Shown: positions 47,894-60,133, counted from the stretch's first letter. The stretch is 64,000 bases of DNA from an uncultured Alphaproteobacteria bacterium (GCA_963847615.1 CAWKAN010000013.1:6264-70263), one strand, 5' to 3'. The notes: a model not told the origin generated them from the sequence alone. Translations and numbers: made by a program.

Positions 47894-47927
47894 GTCTCGG
47901 CCAATTCGTCAAGTCCCGCATAATCGC

Positions 47928-48075
47928 CCTCGCGAGGGGCGGCACCGACGCCCTGCCCATCCGCCCCCTCCCCCTCATCCGCTCCCGGTCATGGAGTCCA
48001 GAGGCTCCGCCTCTGGTGGGGGGTCCAGGGGGGCAACGCCCCCCTGGCGGGGTTCGGGGCGGAGCCCCGATGGCT
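47928..48075. repeat. REP family A element, right half
   Basis: Reverse complement of 45670-45821. Together they reconstitute one palindromic element. Confidence 0.8.
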
Positions 48076-48163
48076 CGCGCCGCGCGTCGAAACAGGGCGT
48101 GACTTTCGCTGGCCCCGGGGATAGCTCTACCAGGCTTGGCAAACTTTCTACCAAGGTCCGACC

Positions 48164-48424
48164 ATGGGTGCGCAGCTGAACATCAAGAGCGAGGACGCCT
48201 ACCGCCTGGCGTCCCGGCTGTCCGAATTGACCGGCGAGAGCCTGACCTCGGTCGTCACCAAGGCGCTGCAGGCGGAGCTGGAGCGACAGGAACGGGCGCG
48301 GGACCGCGAGGAACGGTTGCGACGCGTGCGGGAGATCACGGCTGACATTCGTCACCATCTCCGCCACCCCCTCCCATCGTCCGATACCAGTTGGATGTAT
48401 GGCGAAGACGGCTTGCCGCGGTGA
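48164..48424 (+). CDS. vapB: VapB/FitA-like antitoxin
   Basis: 86 aa. MGAQLNIKSEDAYRLASRLSELTGESLTSVVTKALQAELER. Its stop overlaps the vapC GTG (GTGA). Confidence 0.75.
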   Translation: MGAQLNIKSEDAYRLASRLSELTGESLTSVVTKALQAELERQERARDREERLRRVREITADIRHHLRHPLPSSDTSWMYGEDGLPR

Positions 48425-48816
48425 TCGTCGACAGTTCCGCCTTGCTGGCGGTCATCCTCAACGAGGACGACGAGCCGCGCTTTGCGACGGCCATGATCGA
48501 CGCGCCGGTGCTGCGGATGTCCGCGGCGAACTGGGTCGAGGCGGCCATTGTGGTCGATTCCCACCGGAACCCGGCCGCCGCGGACCGGTTCGAGGATCTC
48601 GTCGAGGCCCTTCGCCTCGAGATCGTGCCGGTCACCGTTGAACACGCCTACCGGACGCGCGTGGCACACCACGATTTCGGGCGGGGCCGCCATCGCGCGC
48701 GATTGAACTATGGCGACTGCTTTGCCTATGCGCTTGCCAAGATCCGGGGCGAACCGCTGCTGTTCAAGGGCGACGACTTCTCCCAGACCGACATCGAGCC
48801 GGCGCTGAAGGACTGA
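48421..48816 (+). CDS. vapC: PIN-domain VapC toxin
   Basis: GTG 48421. IVDSSALLAVILNE..., NYGDCFAYALAK...LLFKGDDFSQTD. Confidence 0.82.
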   Translation: MIVDSSALLAVILNEDDEPRFATAMIDAPVLRMSAANWVEAAIVVDSHRNPAAADRFEDLVEALRLEIVPVTVEHAYRTRVAHHDFGRGRHRARLNYGDCFAYALAKIRGEPLLFKGDDFSQTDIEPALKD

Positions 48817-48818
48817 CC

Positions 48819-50900
48819 ATGCCGGAGTTCTTTCTGGAGCTGTTCAGCGAGGAAATCCCTGCGCGCATGCAGGCTCGCGCGGCGGAGGACCTAGCGCGTT
48901 TGGTTGGTCAGACCACTCTGATGAGAGTGTTCGTCGCTGGCACGACGCCACGGGTGTTTTACGGGCCGCGACGCATTGCGTATGCGGCCGAAGTGGCGTC
49001 AACAGTACCTGGCGGGGTCATACAAAATCGCGGCCCACAAGTCGGGGCGCCAGATCAGGCCGTTGACGGTTTCCTTCGCAGGGTCGGCGCGACGCGAGCC
49101 GATTTGACCGAGCGGGATGGCCGTTGGTTCTTCGACCAACATTCTCCGGCAGTTTCAGTTGTCGACGTCATAAAGGGAGCTGTCCCCGACCTGTTGCGTC
49201 GCTTCCCGTGGCCGAAATCGATGCGCTGGGGCGGCACCAGCGCGTTCACCTGGGTGCGCCCGCTGCACCGGATCACCTGCCTGCTGGACGGCGCGGTCGT
49301 GCCGTTCGACCTGCGCGACGGCGCCGACGACGGGCACGGGCTGCACGCCGCCGACCTCACCGAGGGCCATCGCATCCACGCGCCCGGCGCGGTCGCGGTG
49401 CGCTCGTGCGAGGACTGGGCGGCGACGCTGCGCGCGCGCCACGTCCTGGTCGATGCCGAGGAACGCAAGCGGGTGATCGCCGAGGGCGTGCAGCGGCTGG
49501 CCGCCGAGCGGCACCTCACCGTGGTAGACGATCCGGGCCTGCTGGACGAGGTGGCCGGCCTGGTCGAGTGGCCGGTGCCGCTGCTCGGCCGGATCGACCC
49601 CGCCTTCATGGATCTGCCGGCCGAGGTCATGCAGGTCTCCATGCGGGTCAACCAGCGCTACTTCGCGCTGCGCACCGCCGCGGGCGCGGCGGCGCCGTAT
49701 TTCGCCTTTGTCGCCAACATCGCCCCCGCCGACGGCGGCGCCGTCAGCATCGCCGGCAACGAGCGCGTGCTGCGTGCCCGCTTCGCCGATGCACGGCATT
49801 TCTGGGACCTCGACCGCAAGGCGCGGCTGGAAAGCCGCGTGCCGAAGCTCGACCACGTGACGTTCCATGCGAAGCTGGGCAGCCAGGGTGACCGGGCGCG
49901 CCGGCTGGAGGCACTGGCCGAGCACATCGCGCCGCTGGTGCACGCCGGCCCCGCATTGGCGCGCGCCGCAGCGCTGCTGTGCAAGGCCGACCTGGTGACG
50001 GGCATGGTCGGCGAGTTCCCCGAGCTGCAGGGCGTGATGGGCAGCTACTACGCGCGCCACGACAACGAGGACGCGCTGGTCGCCGACGCCATCCGCGAGC
50101 ACTACGCGCCGAAGGGGCCGACCGACGCGGTGCCGAGCGCGCCGGTCTCGATCGCCGTGGCGCTGGCCGACAAGCTGGACCAGCTCGCCGGGTTCTTCGC
50201 CATCGGGGAAAAACCGACCGGGTCGGGCGATCCCTACGCGCTGCGCCGTGCCGGGCTCGGCATCATCCGCATCATCCGCGAAAACGGGCTGCGGCTGCGC
50301 CTGCTGGCGCTGATCGAGACGGCCGGGCACGGGCTGTCCCACCATCACGGCGTGCATCCCGCGCCGGCGAGCGAGATCATGGACTTCCTCGCCGAGCGGC
50401 TGCGCGTGCAATTGCGCGCCGAGGGGGCGCGCCACGACGTGCTGGCCGCGGTGTTCGCGGCCAAGGGCGCGGCGGGCCCGGACGACGATCTGACCCGCCT
50501 GCTGGCGCGCACCGAGGCGGTGGCCGCGCTGCTCGGCACCGCGGACGGGGCCAATCTGCTCACCGCCTATCGCCGCGCCGCCAACATCCTGCGCATCGAG
50601 ACCCGCAAGGACGGACCGCACGACGCCGCGCCGGACGCGAGCCTGCTGCGCGAACCGGCGGAAATTGACCTGGATCATGCGCTGGGGGCCATTGCCGTCG
50701 TATCCTGCCTGCTCGACCAGGAGGATTTCGCCGGCGCAATGGCGGAGCTCGCGCGGTTGCGGGCGCCGCTGGATGCCTTCTTCGACCAGGTGACCGTCAA
50801 CGCGCCGGAGCCGGACCTGCGCCGGAACCGTTTGCGGCTGCTGCATCGCGTTCAGGCGACGATGGATCGCGTCGCCGATTTTTCACGTCTCGAAGGTTGA
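48819..50900 (+). CDS. glyS: glycine--tRNA ligase beta subunit
   Basis: 693 aa. MPEFFLELFSEEIPARMQ, FPWPKSMRWG, KADLVTGMVGEFPELQGVMGSYYA, SGDPYALRR. Confidence 0.92.
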   Translation: MPEFFLELFSEEIPARMQARAAEDLARLVGQTTLMRVFVAGTTPRVFYGPRRIAYAAEVASTVPGGVIQNRGPQVGAPDQAVDGFLRRVGATRADLTERDGRWFFDQHSPAVSVVDVIKGAVPDLLRRFPWPKSMRWGGTSAFTWVRPLHRITCLLDGAVVPFDLRDGADDGHGLHAADLTEGHRIHAPGAVAVRSCEDWAATLRARHVLVDAEERKRVIAEGVQRLAAERHLTVVDDPGLLDEVAGLVEWPVPLLGRIDPAFMDLPAEVMQVSMRVNQRYFALRTAAGAAAPYFAFVANIAPADGGAVSIAGNERVLRARFADARHFWDLDRKARLESRVPKLDHVTFHAKLGSQGDRARRLEALAEHIAPLVHAGPALARAAALLCKADLVTGMVGEFPELQGVMGSYYARHDNEDALVADAIREHYAPKGPTDAVPSAPVSIAVALADKLDQLAGFFAIGEKPTGSGDPYALRRAGLGIIRIIRENGLRLRLLALIETAGHGLSHHHGVHPAPASEIMDFLAERLRVQLRAEGARHDVLAAVFAAKGAAGPDDDLTRLLARTEAVAALLGTADGANLLTAYRRAANILRIETRKDGPHDAAPDASLLREPAEIDLDHALGAIAVVSCLLDQEDFAGAMAELARLRAPLDAFFDQVTVNAPEPDLRRNRLRLLHRVQATMDRVADFSRLEG

Positions 50901-50911
50901 TGGAGGCTCCG

Positions 50912-53582
<2,671 letters not shown>

Positions 53583-53685
53583 GGCGCCCGCCGATGCCCG
53601 CCGCCGCGCCTCGCAACGGGGCGGGCGGCGCTGGGCGCAACAATGCGGCCGAGACGGGCGCGTCCCGCGGTGTGGCAGAGACCGG

Positions 53686-54486
53686 CTAGTACCGCCTGAT
53701 CAACTGCGGCGCGCGGGTGGCGTACAGCACCGGCGCCGCCCGATAGGCGGCCAGGCCGCGCCCGACCCCGACCGAGCCATGCGGCAGCGTGGCCGGCACG
53801 CCCGCGGCGAACGGCAAGCCCGCCCCGGGTTGCGTCCCGGCTTGCGCCCCGGGGAGCATCCTGGGGCGCATCCCGGGGGGCATCCCACCGGACATCGCCG
53901 ACCAGGCCTGCATCGGGGGTGGCTCGCCACGCGCCAGTTGCCGCTCCTGCATCCAGGCGTCCGCGACCTTGGTCTGATAGGCGGCGGCCAACTCGGGCGT
54001 GGCGGAGTGATACAGTGCCGCGGCACGCGACCAGTCGTTGGTCTGGGCGTGCAGATCGGTCAGGAAGCGCGCGGCATAGGCCGCGTTGGCGGAGGGATCG
54101 AACGCCTGCTCCAGGCTGGCGAAGGCATCCGGATGGTGCATCAGGTTGACCTGCATGCAGCCGACGTCGATCGAGCGGACGCCACGGGCCTGCAACCCCC
54201 GCGCCGCGGCGATCGCCTGCTCCTTGGTGTCGTAGAAGCTGCCCTGCCCTTCGGCATTGATGGTCCAGGGCCAGGGCGCCAACACGCCGCTGGCCGGATC
54301 GCGCCGGCCGCTCTCGACCCGGCCGATCGCCGACAGGAGCTGCGCCGGCAGGGCGCCGGCCCGCTCGGCGGCAATGATCGCGGCGCGGCACAGCGCGCCT
54401 GGGGCGAAGACCGTGATGAACGGCGCGGCCCGGGCCGTCCCCAGGAGACATGGCAGCAATGCGATGATCAGTGCCAGCAGGCGCAT
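53686..54486 (-). CDS. lytic transglycosylase (SLT domain) protein
   Basis: Signal peptide. AIGRVESGR catalytic Glu motif, GCMQVN, AAALYHS. Confidence 0.8.
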   Translation of the reverse strand: MRLLALIIALLPCLLGTARAAPFITVFAPGALCRAAIIAAERAGALPAQLLSAIGRVESGRRDPASGVLAPWPWTINAEGQGSFYDTKEQAIAAARGLQARGVRSIDVGCMQVNLMHHPDAFASLEQAFDPSANAAYAARFLTDLHAQTNDWSRAAALYHSATPELAAAYQTKVADAWMQERQLARGEPPPMQAWSAMSGGMPPGMRPRMLPGAQAGTQPGAGLPFAAGVPATLPHGSVGVGRGLAAYRAAPVLYATRAPQLIRRY

Positions 54487-54654
54487 GGCGGCATCCTGGA
54501 GGCAAAAGCTGAACGAAAGGTTGCCAGATGACCGCCCCGGGGTGCCAATCTGCGGAAAGATCGCCTACAGGCCGACACCCCGAGGGCGAGCGGCCGGGCA
54601 GGAGGACGTCGGGTCCCCTGGCTTCTGGCCCGCAAGCGGGAGAGCCGAAAGACA

Positions 54655-54725
54655 GCCAGGGTTTCGCCCCGAACCCCACCAAGGGGCGCTGTCCCCTGGC
54701 GGGGTCCGAGGCGAAGCCCCGACCT
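54655..54725. repeat. short REP family A derivative
   Basis: GGTTTCGCCCCGAACCCCACCAAGGGGCGCTGTCCCCTGGCGGGGTCCGAGGCGAAGCCCC corresponds to the outer arm motifs only. Confidence 0.6.
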
Positions 54726-54763
54726 TCCTTCATGCGCCGGCCGGTCTCTGCTAGAGGCCCTGC

Positions 54764-55651
54764 ATGGCACGCGGCGAGCGGATAGCGATCGGCAGCATTG
54801 GCATCGGCCTCGTCGTCTTGGCGATGAAGGCCGCCGCCTGGTGGCTGACCGGCAGCGCGGCGCTGTTTTCCGACGCGCTGGAAACCACGGTGAACGTCGC
54901 CGCCGGTGTCATTGCCCTGGGCGCCTTGCGGGTCGCCGCGGCGCCGGCCGACGCCAACCACCCCTACGGCCACGACAAGGCGGAGTTCTTCGCCGCGGTG
55001 ATCGAGGGCGTGTTGATCGTCATTGCCGCGTTCTCGATCTTCCACCATGCCTGGGCGGTGTGGTGGGACCCGCACCCGCTGCGGTACCCGCTGCAAGGGA
55101 TTGGCCTCAACGCCGTCGCGACGCTGCTGAATGCGGGCTGGTCGGCCTTGCTGCTGCGGGTCGGGCGGCAGTTGCACTCGCCGGCGCTAGTGGCGGACGG
55201 GCATCACCTGCTGGCCGATGTGGTGACCTCCTGCGGCGTGACGGCGGGGGTTGGGCTGGTGGTGGTGACCGGGTTCCTGCCGCTCGATCCGCTGCTGGCG
55301 GCGGCCACCGGGGTCTATGTGCTGTTCGCCGGGATGCGCGTGATCTCCTCGTCGGTGGGGGGGTTGATGGACGCGGCGCCGCCGGCCGAGGTGATCCAGC
55401 GCATTCGTGCCCTGGTGGCGGAGAGTGCCGAGGGCGCGCTGGAGGCGCACGACCTGCGCATCCGCTATGCTGGGCGGCTGACGTTTCTGGAGTTTCACCT
55501 GGTGGTGCCGGGGACGATGACGGTGGCCGAATCGCACGCCATCTGTGACCGGATCGAGGCGGCGCTGAAGGCCGAGATGAGCAATCTGGAGATCACCATC
55601 CACGTCGAGCCGGAAGCCAAGGCGAAGCAGCATGGCGTGCTGGTGCTGTGA
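54764..55651 (+). CDS. cation diffusion facilitator family transporter
   Basis: 295 aa. SAALFSDALET, HPYGHDKAEFF, LLADVVTS, and a C-terminal cytoplasmic domain. Confidence 0.85.
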   Translation: MARGERIAIGSIGIGLVVLAMKAAAWWLTGSAALFSDALETTVNVAAGVIALGALRVAAAPADANHPYGHDKAEFFAAVIEGVLIVIAAFSIFHHAWAVWWDPHPLRYPLQGIGLNAVATLLNAGWSALLLRVGRQLHSPALVADGHHLLADVVTSCGVTAGVGLVVVTGFLPLDPLLAAATGVYVLFAGMRVISSSVGGLMDAAPPAEVIQRIRALVAESAEGALEAHDLRIRYAGRLTFLEFHLVVPGTMTVAESHAICDRIEAALKAEMSNLEITIHVEPEAKAKQHGVLVL

Positions 55652-55940
55652 ACCGGCCTGCGGCGGGTGCGGCTGGGTGGCATGACGCGGCGGCCGGCGC
55701 GGGCCGCGTTCCGCCGCGACAGCTCCGCCAGCCACGCGCCCGGGCACCACTAACCCGGGGATGACCAACCGGGGCATGACCGGCCGGGGCACGACGAGCT
55801 CGGCAACGAGAGGTTCGGGCGCGACGGGCAGTGGCGTGACGGGCCAGGACGCGGCGGGCCAGGACGCGGCGGGCTGGGGCGCGACCGGCTGGGGGGGGGC
55901 GGGCTGGGGCGGGACGGGCCGGCGGTCGGTCCCGGCCCTG

Positions 55941-56888
55941 ATGCGGGCGCGCCGCACGCAGTGGGCGCTGTCCTGGGCTGCGGTCGCGTCGATCCTGCTG
56001 CACGCCGGCCTGCTGGCGGCATTCCTGATCGTGGCCGACCGGGCCGCGCGCGGCGTGCACGAGGCGATCGACGCCGCCCCGATGGTCGAGCTGGTGATGG
56101 TGCAGCAGAAGGGTCAGGACCGGAGCGCCGACCAGGCGCCGCCGTCCGATCGCCGCGCCGAGGCGACGCCGTCGGCGCCCTCCGCCACACCGCCGCCGGT
56201 CCCGCCGCCCGCGCCGCCCGAGCCGCCGCCGCCGCCGACGCCGCCGGCAGCGAGCAGCCCGCCACCGGTGCCGCCGCCCAGCGCCAAGGCGGCGACCGAG
56301 ACCTTGCCGCCGCCGCCGCCGCCCGCGCCCGTTCCGTCGCAAGCCGCGGCGACGACAGCCCCGCCTGCCACGCCGCCCCCACCGCAACCCGCACCGCAGC
56401 CCCCATCGCGGCCCCCATCGCGGCCCCCATCGCGGCCCGAGTTGGCGGCGCGGCAAGCGCCGCCGGCGCCGCCCAGCCCGGCCCGGACGCCCGCGCCGCT
56501 TGCCGCGCCGGCCGCGCCCACGCCGCCGGCCCCGGTGGCCGACGCCACCCCGCGGGTCAACCTCGGCGGCACCGGCGACCTGAGCAACGTGCTGGTCACG
56601 GGCGACAACGTGATCCCGGCCGGCCCCGATCCCAAGGTGCACAACCGCGAACCGGAGTATCCCTTCGAAGCGGTGCGACGCGGCCAGCAGGGCACGGTCG
56701 AACTGGTGGTGCGGGTCTCGCCCGAAGGCCTGCCGAGCGAGGTGCTCATCGCGCGCAGCTCCGGCTTCGCCATGCTCGACCGGGCCGCGCGCGACGCGGT
56801 GGCGAGCTGGCGCTTCGTGCCGGCGGTGCGGGACGGCCAGCCGATCCCGTCGAACGCGGCGATCCACATCGTGTTCCAGCTCAACTAG
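55941..56888 (+). CDS. tonB: energy transducer TonB
   Basis: ATG 55941 (TM helix WALSWAAVASILLHAGLLAAFLIV), a long Pro-rich spacer including a 12-bp x3 repeat (PSRPPSRPPSRP, 56401-56436), and C-terminal EPEYPFEAVRRGQQGTVEL...FVPA. Confidence 0.85.
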   Translation: MRARRTQWALSWAAVASILLHAGLLAAFLIVADRAARGVHEAIDAAPMVELVMVQQKGQDRSADQAPPSDRRAEATPSAPSATPPPVPPPAPPEPPPPPTPPAASSPPPVPPPSAKAATETLPPPPPPAPVPSQAAATTAPPATPPPPQPAPQPPSRPPSRPPSRPELAARQAPPAPPSPARTPAPLAAPAAPTPPAPVADATPRVNLGGTGDLSNVLVTGDNVIPAGPDPKVHNREPEYPFEAVRRGQQGTVELVVRVSPEGLPSEVLIARSSGFAMLDRAARDAVASWRFVPAVRDGQPIPSNAAIHIVFQLN

Positions 56889-57022
56889 CCCGGGTTTATT
56901 ACTATAATATTACTTTAGGTGTATGATATACAAGCGGAGTGTGCCATATTAAGCGCAAAATCGTAGCCATTTATACCGGCCGTCTAAAATGATGACTCTT
57001 CCGTCATTTAGGCTGGCTGGTA

Positions 57023-58498
57023 TCAGTCGGCCACTGACACTGACGCTTTGGGGGCGTAGGCCTTTGATAAAGCAATTGCGACGTTCAATATTACGGGATC
57101 CCATTCGCCAGGCTGTCGTTGCCGAAACAACCGCACACTCGGATACCATGGCGTATCCTCGCGGTCGATAAGCCATCGCCAGTCACTGGCTTTGGACAGT
57201 AGAATCCACGCCGGTTTCCCCAGGGCACCCGCCAAGTGACCGACGGAAGTGTCAACGGTAATGACCAGGTCCAGATTGGCGATAATAGCAGCAGTCTCGT
57301 CGAAATCCGTCAACATAGCCGACGTATCAAAAATGTTGGTGAAGTGCTGCTGCGCAACCTCGACATCTGCCGGTGGGAAGGGCTGCTGGAGCGATACAAA
57401 GGCGAGGCCATCAACCGCCGCAAGTGGGGCCAACTGGATTAGCCGCAGCGAGCGCCGACGATCATTGGGGTGGGTAGGCCGACCACTCCACGCGAGACCA
57501 ACGCGTTTTGCCCCCCTCGGGATCTGGGCAGACAGGCGGTCCGCCCAGTGGGCCACGCGTGCCGGATCGGGAGTCAGATAAGCAACGCTGGTCGGGATTG
57601 AATCTTGCGTGGTATGAAATAGGCCAGGTAGACTTGACAGTCGGCAATAGGCAGCATGCCCAGGAATTTCATTCCATCGGTGATAGGCATGGGCAACTCC
57701 GGGGATCCGTTCCAGAAGTGATAATATCTCGCTGCTGCAGCCCAGGACAACTTCCTGACAGCGTTCAGCTACCATGGGGATGTAGCGGCAAAATTGTATG
57801 GTATCACCGTAGCCTTGGTCGCCGACCAGCAGAATCCGGCCAGAGGGAATTTGCATCCCGTTCCATGGAGCCGAAGTAATCTTGGGGAGCTGGCCACGCC
57901 CCGCCTCCGTCAAATTGCGCCACTCGTACTCAAGCCATCCGGGGGCATATTCGCCTTGCGCCAGCAGGTTTTGCGCCAATGCGAGATGAGCATCGGCATG
58001 TTCTGCATTGAGGCCGAGCGCCCGGAGCAGACACGCCATGGCCCGGTCGCGTTCATCCAAATCTGTGAATACCAAGGACAAATTGACGAGATAATCAGGA
58101 TTATTGGGCGCCAGGCGGACTGCCTGGGTTCCTGCGCTTAGTGCATCCTGGAGTCGATATGCCAGACGATACAGGGTGCAGAGGTTGCCGTACCACGCCG
58201 CGACACCAGACTGGCGCGAGACGGCCCGCTCCAGCAGCTGAATGGCGTGTTCTACATCGCCGGAATGGGCCGCCACCATACCCGATAGCGCCAGAGCCGG
58301 AGCAAGATCAGGTTGGGTGGCAAGCAGGTCACTACAGATGCCATTTGCCTCTCCGAAGCGCTTCGCCTGTGCAGCCGCTTGCGCACGGGTGAGCGCCTGC
58401 TCGACCGCGCTAGCTGGCGTCGCGGTGGGGGCCGGTCCGGTCATCCAATCATCGCCGCACTTTGTAGGGCATCTTGCCGGTCTCCGTGATGATAACAC
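57023..58498 (-). CDS. TPR repeat protein fused to a glycosyltransferase family 9-like (heptosyltransferase-like) domain
   Basis: 491 aa. N-terminal TPRs; C-terminal ILLVGDQGYGDTIQFCRY, VGLAWSG, DLVITVDTSVGHLAGALGKP. Lies in a low-GC block. Confidence 0.7.
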   Translation of the reverse strand: MLSSRRPARCPTKCGDDWMTGPAPTATPASAVEQALTRAQAAAQAKRFGEANGICSDLLATQPDLAPALALSGMVAAHSGDVEHAIQLLERAVSRQSGVAAWYGNLCTLYRLAYRLQDALSAGTQAVRLAPNNPDYLVNLSLVFTDLDERDRAMACLLRALGLNAEHADAHLALAQNLLAQGEYAPGWLEYEWRNLTEAGRGQLPKITSAPWNGMQIPSGRILLVGDQGYGDTIQFCRYIPMVAERCQEVVLGCSSEILSLLERIPGVAHAYHRWNEIPGHAAYCRLSSLPGLFHTTQDSIPTSVAYLTPDPARVAHWADRLSAQIPRGAKRVGLAWSGRPTHPNDRRRSLRLIQLAPLAAVDGLAFVSLQQPFPPADVEVAQQHFTNIFDTSAMLTDFDETAAIIANLDLVITVDTSVGHLAGALGKPAWILLSKASDWRWLIDREDTPWYPSVRLFRQRQPGEWDPVILNVAIALSKAYAPKASVSVAD

Positions 58499-58608
58499 CC
58501 GATCTGGCAGATAGCCCCATCGGAAGGAGGGATAGTCGATAACTGTCGTTGACCACCGCTCCCCGCGCCAATTTCATTGTAACATGGATGATTTTCCCGT
58601 GAGAGGCG

Positions 58609-58983
58609 TCAGCTTGTCAATCGACGATGAACGGCCGGTAGGGCGATCGGCTCTTGTATGCTCATCGCTTCGGCGCTCCGCAGGAGTAGGTGCTCACCCT
58701 CGATAATTGGCTGCTTGCCGGGCCGGGTGCTGGCGCCACAAGATCGATCCGGACCGACGCATTGAAAAACCCTCGACACGATTACGGCGGCATCGACTCT
58801 AATCCGGGCTTCCGACCATGACATTACTTCATGTATCTGACATCCGGGCGGAATCTGCCATCTTCCGTTCGAAGATGTAGCCATCCACCGGCTACAATCC
58901 AGCAAGGCAGTAACCCCGTACTCGGCAATTGACGGTGGAAACGAAGCTGGTACCAGCACTGTTGGCTGAACATCTGGGGTCAT
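58609..58983 (-). CDS. hypothetical protein
   Basis: 124-aa ORF in the same low-GC block. No recognisable motif. Confidence 0.25.
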   Translation of the reverse strand: MTPDVQPTVLVPASFPPSIAEYGVTALLDCSRWMATSSNGRWQIPPGCQIHEVMSWSEARIRVDAAVIVSRVFQCVGPDRSCGASTRPGKQPIIEGEHLLLRSAEAMSIQEPIALPAVHRRLTS

Positions 58984-59394
58984 CCGAATTTACCCAGTCG
59001 CTGGGCCGCTGATTTTCAAGCAAGCGAGTCGGATCAGAGAGTTGCATCATCTGACCGCAGGAAGCTCGGACTGGCCCGGGTTTCCCGCACTGTCGCGCGA
59101 TGCTGCCGCAGGGCATTGGCCTGCCCCAAGGGACCACCGGGGCTGTTCGCGCTGTCGCCAATCCACCGCGTATGCGCCAGGCGCGAAACCCGCCCCTGCT
59201 ACGACCGGGATGCGGCAAGTGCCGAGCCGATGCCCGTGCCAGCGCGAGAAACCTCGGGCAGCCGATGCAAGGCGGTGGCGCCCGGCGGCAACAGCCGTCA
59301 GAGTCCCGCCACCGGACGTTCATCCGCCGCCCCTGCTCCGCCACGCCCGGGCAGGCGACGGGAGCCGGCCGGCGATTGTTGGGAGACCCATGCC

Positions 59395-59967
59395 ATGGTG
59401 CGCATCGACACGGTGGTGACCCGCGGCGGCGATGACGGAAAAACCTCGCTCGGCGACGGCAGCCGGGTCGGCAAGGATGCGCCGCGGATCGCCGCGCTGG
59501 GCGCGGTGGACGAGGCCAACGCCGCGGTCGGCCTGCTGCGCTGCGCGGTGGCCGACGCGCCGGAGACCGACGCCATGCTGGCACGCATCCAGAACGACCT
59601 GTTCGACGTCGGCGCCGATCTCTGCCGGCCCGGGCCGGCCGGCGGCCGGCTGCGCCTGACCGAGGCCAAGGTCGCGCGGCTGGAGGCCGAGATCGCCGCG
59701 CTGAACGCCGGCCTGGCGCCGCTGACCAGCTTCGTGCTGCCGGGCGGCACCGAGGCGGCGGCGCGGGCGCACGTGGCGCGCGCCGCGGTGCGCCGGGCCG
59801 AGCGCGAGGTGGTGCGGCTGGCCGCCGAGGCGACGCTGAACCCGATCCTGCTCCGCTACCTCAACCGGCTGTCCGACCATTTGTTCGTGCTGGCGCGCGC
59901 CTGCAACGCCGACGCCGGCACCCAGGGTGGCGGCGGGGACGTGCTGTGGGTGCCGGGCGGCGGCTAA
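59395..59967 (+). CDS. PduO-type ATP:cob(I)alamin adenosyltransferase
   Basis: ATG 59395 within track ORF 59116-59967. TRGGDDGKTSL, IQNDLFDVGADL, FVLPGG, RRAERE, YLNRLSDHLFV. Confidence 0.88.
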   Translation: MVRIDTVVTRGGDDGKTSLGDGSRVGKDAPRIAALGAVDEANAAVGLLRCAVADAPETDAMLARIQNDLFDVGADLCRPGPAGGRLRLTEAKVARLEAEIAALNAGLAPLTSFVLPGGTEAAARAHVARAAVRRAEREVVRLAAEATLNPILLRYLNRLSDHLFVLARACNADAGTQGGGGDVLWVPGGG

Positions 59968-60133
59968 CGCCGGCGCGACACGCGCCGGCCCGGAGGAAGC
60001 GCCGCCGCCGCACCTCCCGAACCGCTTGATTTGCGGCTGCCGCCGCCCTGGCGAAATTCAGCATCGACCAGACGCCGATGGTCCGCGTGCCTGCGGCGCG
60101 CGGCGCTCGACCCCGCGGGGGCGCGGGGGCGCG

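Larger units (their letters stand above)
45822..47927 (-). mobile_element. 2106-bp IS1595-like transposon with two passenger ORFs
   Basis: 23-bp perfect terminal inverted repeats GCGATTATGCGGGACTTGACGAA (45822-45844; reverse complement at 47905-47927). Flanked on both sides by CCTCGCGAGG (45812-45821, 47928-47937). Lower GC than the surroundings. Confidence 0.8.

Noticed and set aside
55840-55940. An N-terminal extension of TonB through short tandem repeats (GGGCCAGGACGCGGC x2, GGGCTGGGG-like) was considered.
   Set aside because: The translation is a Gly/Thr/Ala low-complexity string. The ATG at 55941 directly precedes the canonical TonB membrane anchor.
59100-59394. A cobalamin riboswitch was considered upstream of the PduO-type adenosyltransferase.
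   Set aside because: Only loose, ordered resemblances are present (AAGGGA, AATCC, CCCGCCCCTGCTAC, and GTCAGAGTCCCGCC against the B12 box). The conserved GCCACTG and GGTG..AATCC core pairings are missing. An Rfam RF00174 cmscan would settle this.
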